NCBI GenBank assembly: GCA_012295275.1
Contig: CM022668.1
Coordinates: forward strand, 7,998,001 to 8,062,000
Direction of reading: 5' to 3'
From: Chrysomallon squamiferum
Taxonomy: Eukaryota; Animalia; Mollusca
Length of the DNA stretch: 64,000 bases
Position 1 is the stretch's first letter, and every line of letters begins with the position of its first letter. Made by a program: the position numbers and the translations under genes. Shown here piece after piece: positions 57,897 through 64,000 of this stretch. The notes beneath the pieces were generated by a model. It did no database searches. It was not told where the DNA came from and was given only the letters and a program-made list of their open reading frames with translations.

Positions 57897-59407
57897 CTAT
57901 GAAGAATAAATGAATGATATGTACAGTATACTCAATGAAATAAGAAAAGCAACAACAGAAATATACGATTTGAAAGCAGCAAACGAATCTCATTTAGAAA
58001 GCAGTTATGTATTAACAATGCATAACATACCATAAGAAATGTGTAATTAACCAAGAAGAGGGTTAACTGTGAAATAAACCATATTATACAAATAAATCAA
58101 TTTTTCGTTACTTCAGAAGTGTCCATTTAATGAAATGATATCTTGTTACACATACAAATATACTTTTTCTGAATATGTCGATAATCCTGTTGTGAAACTA
58201 TGTATCGTTATTATACTGCCGTGTATGTATTCTAAATACTAAATCATTTCCTATTCAAACTAATTTTTATAGTAATGTGTTAGTCCTGCTGTGAAATATT
58301 GAAAATAGATATTTCATACTCTGACAGATTTTATGGATCTTGAAGGATCCTTGGGGTCAGAAATTAAAGTTTACAGTTGACGTTTTTTTTATGTTAGTAG
58401 AGGGTGAAACCAGCAGATGTGTGAGACTTTCACTGAGTCACGAGGCGTACACAGTCTGAGTTTTCAAGTGTCTTTTCATGAAGTCTGTTCCTTCTGTGAT
58501 GCTGATCTACCGGTTTTGTTGTTTGAAAGTTAGTTCACTATTACAACAACACTACAGCTAATATACATTTCAATTTTCACAATTTGGTAGTTGCCCTTCA
58601 TCATTCTTTTCTTCTTCTTCTTTTTATTTATTATTATTGTTGCTATCATTATTTTAATATTTTTTGTTTTTGAAGACTGTGATACTTACAGAATGATATA
58701 ATAACAAAGTATGACAGTAAAATAGAACAGTCAAAATATTCGAGTTACCCCCATTTTATTCCTTCAAACTGGATTTGTGATATCATTGTCATATTTCTAC
58801 ATGTTTAAGAAGATTTGTGATAACATACAAAAAAAATATCATTACATCATCGTAAATGCAGTTGCAAAATACAATGATACTAAATATACAAGAGGTAAAA
58901 CAGATTTTAAAAATGATTTTTTGCGTGTCATTGCTATGGCTTGTGAACGTAAAAATAATAAAAAGCGAAAAAGTATTTCTTTATGCAGAACACTTTCACG
59001 TCTTCTGGATTGTGTCTTTCAGAAGATCTTATGCCAGTATATCCATTGCATATACAATGTGTCTTTTTAAATGAAATTCATTTATATTAATGTAAAATAT
59101 TATATTATTAATATCCGATTTATTTTCTGTATCCTATTGTGAAAGGATATAATTATTATTAAAGTACAAGCAGATTTGATCTATGAATCTGATCTATTTT
59201 ATTTAATTAACACATATCAAACATTTACATAATAATATTTTAAGTTTTAATGTAATTCAGCCTATACAGAGGTTTACTCCTAGCAGTCTGCAAAACTTAA
59301 TTTTTACGTCGATCTATTTATTTTCATTCTTGAGTCGAAATAAATAAGTAACGCAGAGGTCTTAAGAAATTTGCCTTTACATGCACTGAACGATTAGTGT
59401 GACTTAC

Positions 59408-59972
59408 CTGCCAACCCGACTGGGAACGTGTACGGGAGGAGAATGAGGTAGCCTTGTTTTTTGTAATATTGTAAAACCATCATCGGTTCTTTCTCCAGAT
59501 GGAAATGAAAAGCTTGAATCCTGCTCACACCTTGCAACCTCTGCAACTCGAACCATTCCACTATCTGTCCTGTGTTCACTTTGTTGTATAAAGTTTTAAT
59601 ACACACCGCCATTTTTCCTTTCCCCTCTTCCGGAAATTCGACGGGAATGCTTCTAGTCACGTGATTAATGCAGTTCGTTTTAGAGAAAAACACACGATTT
59701 ACAGTGGAAACGTTTCTTGGCAGATCGCATCTAAACTGGCAGGCTGACAACCATCCCTGAATGTGTCTGAACATGAAAACAGCTCTAGTCTGAACTACTA
59801 GTCCGTCTCGCGAGGGAAAGCAGCACGAGAACGGATTGTGGTGTTTGTAGTAGTACCACGCTGTGATATAGACAGTGAGGTGCGTCTTGTTAGAGGTGAG
59901 GAAATTAACAATGGCGGACTGAACAAACACTTCCTGTTTGACGACTTCTACTGGATACCAGTCTGTTTCCTT
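59408..59972 (-). CDS. GT92/DUF23 glycosyltransferase, coding exon 2
   Basis: Acceptor TTTCAG|AAG in frame with the 178-aa ORF (KETDWYPVEVVKQEVFVQSA...). Contains MAVCIKTLY and IVEWFELQRLQGVSRIQAF, the typical start of the GT92 domain. Donor GCAG|GTAAGT (phase 1). Confidence 0.92.
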
Positions 59973-61434
59973 CTGAAAGCAAACTGAAAATATTATAAAC
60001 TGGTTCTCTTTTTTATTTTATTTTTTGTCATCGTTGTTATTTATTTGTTTATTTGCTTGTAAACTTGTTGTTTGTTTGCTTGCTTGTTTTAGCGGGGTTT
60101 TTTTTTTGGGGGGGTGTATGTGTATGTTTTATTTATTTTGTTAGTTTGTTTTATTTTGTTTGTCTGTTTGTTTGTTTGTTTGTTTATTTATTATACGGCC
60201 TGCTACTTCAGTTACAATAACAAAACAACTGTTACTACTGTAGCTACAAACACAGTCAGGAAAGAAACCATGAACTTAATACCCAAAATAAATTTATAGA
60301 CATTCTAAAATTATTATTATTATTTTTTTAATAAAGAATGTTGTTGTTGTTGTACAAAAGCCCGCAGTCGTAATCTTCCCGGTCTCAAGCATTTCTTTCT
60401 GACAAAGGATTCTCAGTCTGTATTATTATTATTTATTTCTATTACTATTACTATTATTATTGTTGTTGTTGTCATTGTCGCTGTCGCTGTTGTTGTCGTT
60501 GTTGTTGTTTTAAGAAAGTATAAATGCGTGGTTTATGTGAGAACTGACCAATCACCGTTCAGCAAACAGACCAGCGCGAAAATGTCTAACAGCAGCAGTG
60601 GCGACTGTCATTGATCTGTGTCACACTTAAATTGGAATAAATTTGACTTGACTTCAGTTTTCGTCTGCGTCCTCCATATCGCAACACCTGTCTCTGCATA
60701 CTTGCGAAAATACAATACCAAAACCATAAACAGCGAAACACAGTATTGATAGAGCAATATCAAAATGGCGGCATTTAATTCACAGTAATTTCCAGCAAGA
60801 GGTTAAACTGACTGGCAACACGAAAACGCAAAATGTTTCAAGTTTAATGCTGTAAGAAGAAAAAAGTAGTATGCTTTTTCTATCAGCTCATTTTTATATA
60901 ATTTGCTTTATTTTATTCATTTGTAGTTATTTCTTTATGTATTTAGCTAGTTAGTTAGTTCGTTAGTTCCTTAGTTCCTTAGTTCCTTAGTTAGATAGTT
61001 AATTAGTATATTCATTAATTTATTTATTTTATACTGGTTTTTTTTTAAAATTATTGTTTAATTTGTGTACTTAAAAGTTGGTCCCAGAATCATCATTGTA
61101 TGCAAATCACATAGTTACTTTGATATATAAAACAAACGTCGATTTGCAAATACTGTTTTTGATTGCACAAAACAAAAAGAAATCAATTAATCAATTAAGA
61201 AAATAAACTAAAAAAAGTAAAGAAATATGCAAATTTTTATATTATTTGTTATATTTTTATTTTTATTTTTTAAAAGGAGATGTAAAATGAAATCCAAGAA
61301 ACGTAATTGACTTTACTTTTGAGTAACAAACGCAATCAAGGTGCAGATGTACTGACTGACTTACAGATAAATAAACAAAGACGGACAGAAAACAGCATGT
61401 TAGAATAGATGTCAATATAGTTTATTTTATTTTA

Positions 61435-61555
61435 TATTGTTATTATTATTGTTATTATCATCATCATCTTTATCATTATTGTTATCATTATCATTATTAT
61501 CGTTATTATTATTATTATTATTACTAGTACTATTATTATTACTACTATTATTATG

Positions 61556-61590
<35 letters not shown>

Positions 61591-61750
61591 TACTAGTACT
61601 ATTATTATTACTACTATTATTATTACTATTATTATTGTTATTACTATTATTATTACTATTATTACTATTATTATTATTACTACTATTATTATTAATATTA
61701 ACATTATTATTATTACTATTATTATTGTTGTTGTTGTTGTTGTTGTTGTC
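61435..61750. repeat. (TAT/TAC/TGT)n microsatellite in GT92 intron 1
   Basis: Direct reading. Confidence 0.93.
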
Positions 61751-61950
61751 ACTTTTACTGGGTCTCTTTAGGTTCTGTTATCTGGTGTGTAATCGATCAG
61801 AATTAATCTGTGTTACATAGTAAGTGTTAAACGTGAAACAGGTTGAAAGTAGCTTTTGTCAAAATATAAATTAAAAGTATGTTCGATGTAGTTATGCGTG
61901 TTTGCATGAATATGTCAACAGATATTATGCTAATAACAGAAACATATTAA

Positions 61951-62035
61951 GAAATCAACAAAAGAAATAACAGAAATCAACAAAAGCAATAACAGACGTC
62001 AACAAAAGAAATAACAGACGTCAACAAAAGAAATC
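61951..62035. repeat. 22-bp tandem repeat, ~4 copies, in GT92 intron 1
   Basis: GA(AA/CG)TCAACAAAAG(A/C)AATAACA repeated. Confidence 0.85.
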
Positions 62036-62183
62036 ATCGCAAGGAATGACTGGTATTAACGACAGAAATGTAACTGAAATTAAGGAATTATTAATTTTTC
62101 GAGTTATGGATTGAACAGAAATAGTCGGAAGCAGTAACAGTGATCAAACACACGAGTGGGAATGAGTAAGTGACAAGACTTAC

Positions 62184-62441
62184 CTCCTTCAATGTCTCAC
62201 TGTAAAAACTGCGCTGTAATCTCACAGACAGTCCTCCAATAACTAATCTGCTGTTGTTACCGATGTAACTTATGACCACCAACGTCGTCAACAACGAGCA
62301 GAAAAGCACGACGGCAAACGCAATCAAGGTGCAGTTCAGCAACGTCATCATAGGACAACGACAACGCCCCGAGAAGTACGGCCGTTTCGCAAAACGGTCA
62401 GCAGCCGAATCACCAGTGTTTTCAGTGTACAGATGTTGCAT
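62184..62441 (-). CDS. GT92/DUF23 family glycosyltransferase, coding exon 1 of 5 (cytoplasmic tail and signal-anchor TM)
   Basis: ATG at 62441; 86 codons including hydrophobic LIAFAVVLFCSLLTTLVVISYI; ends GAG|GTAAGT (phase 0). An upstream acceptor TTTTTTAACAG at ~62594 suggests the exon starts at 62593 with 5'UTR. Confidence 0.8.
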
Positions 62442-62995
62442 GAATTAACTTAAGTTCTCGTAGTTGTGTTTCTTCTATCTAAATAATATCTAAATAATCA
62501 ATTTATCTAGCTCAATTCGCCAGCTGTGCTATTAAAAAGAATTTTCGTGGATGATCGATAATTTAAATAAGTCGGATTAATAATCGCATTGACCTGTTAA
62601 AAAACTCAGAAATCAGATCACAGTAATAACAACAGTAAGTAGAAAGAAAGAATAAACGAATAAATGAAAGAAGCAAACAAAATAAAAAAACAGACATATA
62701 TAGGTAGATATTTAAATAAATATATATTCATTCACAAAAACAAACACATTCACACATACATAAATTAATTCATTCATACATATATACATACATACATATA
62801 TACATACATACATACATACATACATACATACATACACATACATACATACATACATACCTATTTAAAGGCACATTTTTTTCCCTCACTTATTCTTGTTTTT
62901 GATAACATTTGTTGATTTTTTCCTTCCATATTAATCGTTCGATTTCTATTCCGCCTTTCCATTTTCAAACAGTCTTTAATGTCCTTGAATACACT

Positions 62996-63286
62996 AATAA
63001 ATAAATATGTGAAGTATTGTTAAATCTAGTTCCCGCCTTCAGTTCACTGATAAATAAATATGTAAATTAGTTACATCTAGTTCCCGCCTTCAGTTCACTG
63101 ATAAATAAATATGTAAATTAGTTACATTTAATTTCCGCCTTTAATACATAAATAAATATGTAAATTAGTTACATCTAATTCCCGCCTTCAGTTCACTGAT
63201 AAATAAATATGTAAATTAGTTACATTTAATTTCCGCCTTTAATACATAAATAAATATGTAAATTAGTTTTATCTAATTCCCGCCTA
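62996..63286. repeat. Minisatellite, 6 copies of 51/47-bp units
   Basis: TAAATAAATATGTAAATTAGTTACAT(C/T)TA(G/A)TT(C/T)CCGCC...; spacing of the CCGCC cores is 51, 51, 47, 51, 47. Confidence 0.93.
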
Positions 63287-64000
63287 CATTCTGAAATGCA
63301 CCAGTTAAGTTGTACCTTTTGTAAAATACAGTCTAAATATATTCCCGTGCTTCCAAGATATTTATTTATTTATTTATTTTCAGTTAGTTTGCTAGTTAAT
63401 TATTTATTTACTTATTTATTACTTTCTTATTTTGTTACTTACATACTTTCTTGTTTTATCTGTTTATTTACTTTTACTTACTTACTTATTTTCTTTTTAT
63501 TACTTCGATTTTTCGTTCTTTCTATCCATTCTTAATTAATAACGAAGTAGATGACAACAAAACGCTGCTAGTTTTTCTGTAGTTGTGACGTCATCACGGC
63601 GGGGGTGTTATTTTGTACGTGATCACGTCTCCAGTTAAGAAGGAATAAATCTGACTATATTATCATTCATTGTTATGAGCGATAATCAAAGTAAAACACA
63701 TTATTAAATTATACTGGCCTTACACAGTAATATTTTGTTTCGAAACTGATCTCTGAGATTTTTGTCACTGAATATTCAAGAGAACAAAAAATTAAATATT
63801 ATACACAATATTTTTGTCAAATATATATTCAAAAATAGGCGGCCTGATTGTTTTCAAACTGAAATCTAAAATAGTTTTAGTGCTACCAAACACCATTTTA
63901 GTACAGGTTTCTTTTCTCACTATTTTAGTAACAACATATATTTTAATAACACTGACCTAAGTATTTTAAAATTTGAAACTCATAATATCCTTCAAGCATA

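Overview
AT-rich, extremely microsatellite-dense eukaryotic DNA, most likely an invertebrate (mollusc- or crustacean-like; this is inferred from repeat composition only). Almost every ORF in the supplied track is a simple-repeat artefact. Two intact spliced genes can be assembled on the minus strand, with GT-AG introns and consistent phases at every junction. (1) A 5-coding-exon, 473-aa type II membrane glycosyltransferase of family GT92/DUF23 (62441->54430). (2) About 1.2 kb downstream, a 5-coding-exon, 291-aa type I membrane protein with signal peptide, one atypical CUB domain, a TM helix and a tail carrying three PPxY motifs (53234->50096). The first ~49 kb has no confidently supported CDS. 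It holds SINE and MITE relics, CpG-rich motif clusters and several minisatellites. The most unusual is a 26-copy, 60-62-bp array (24380-25989) whose unit can be folded into a hammerhead-ribozyme-like three-way junction with two core substitutions; activity is untested.
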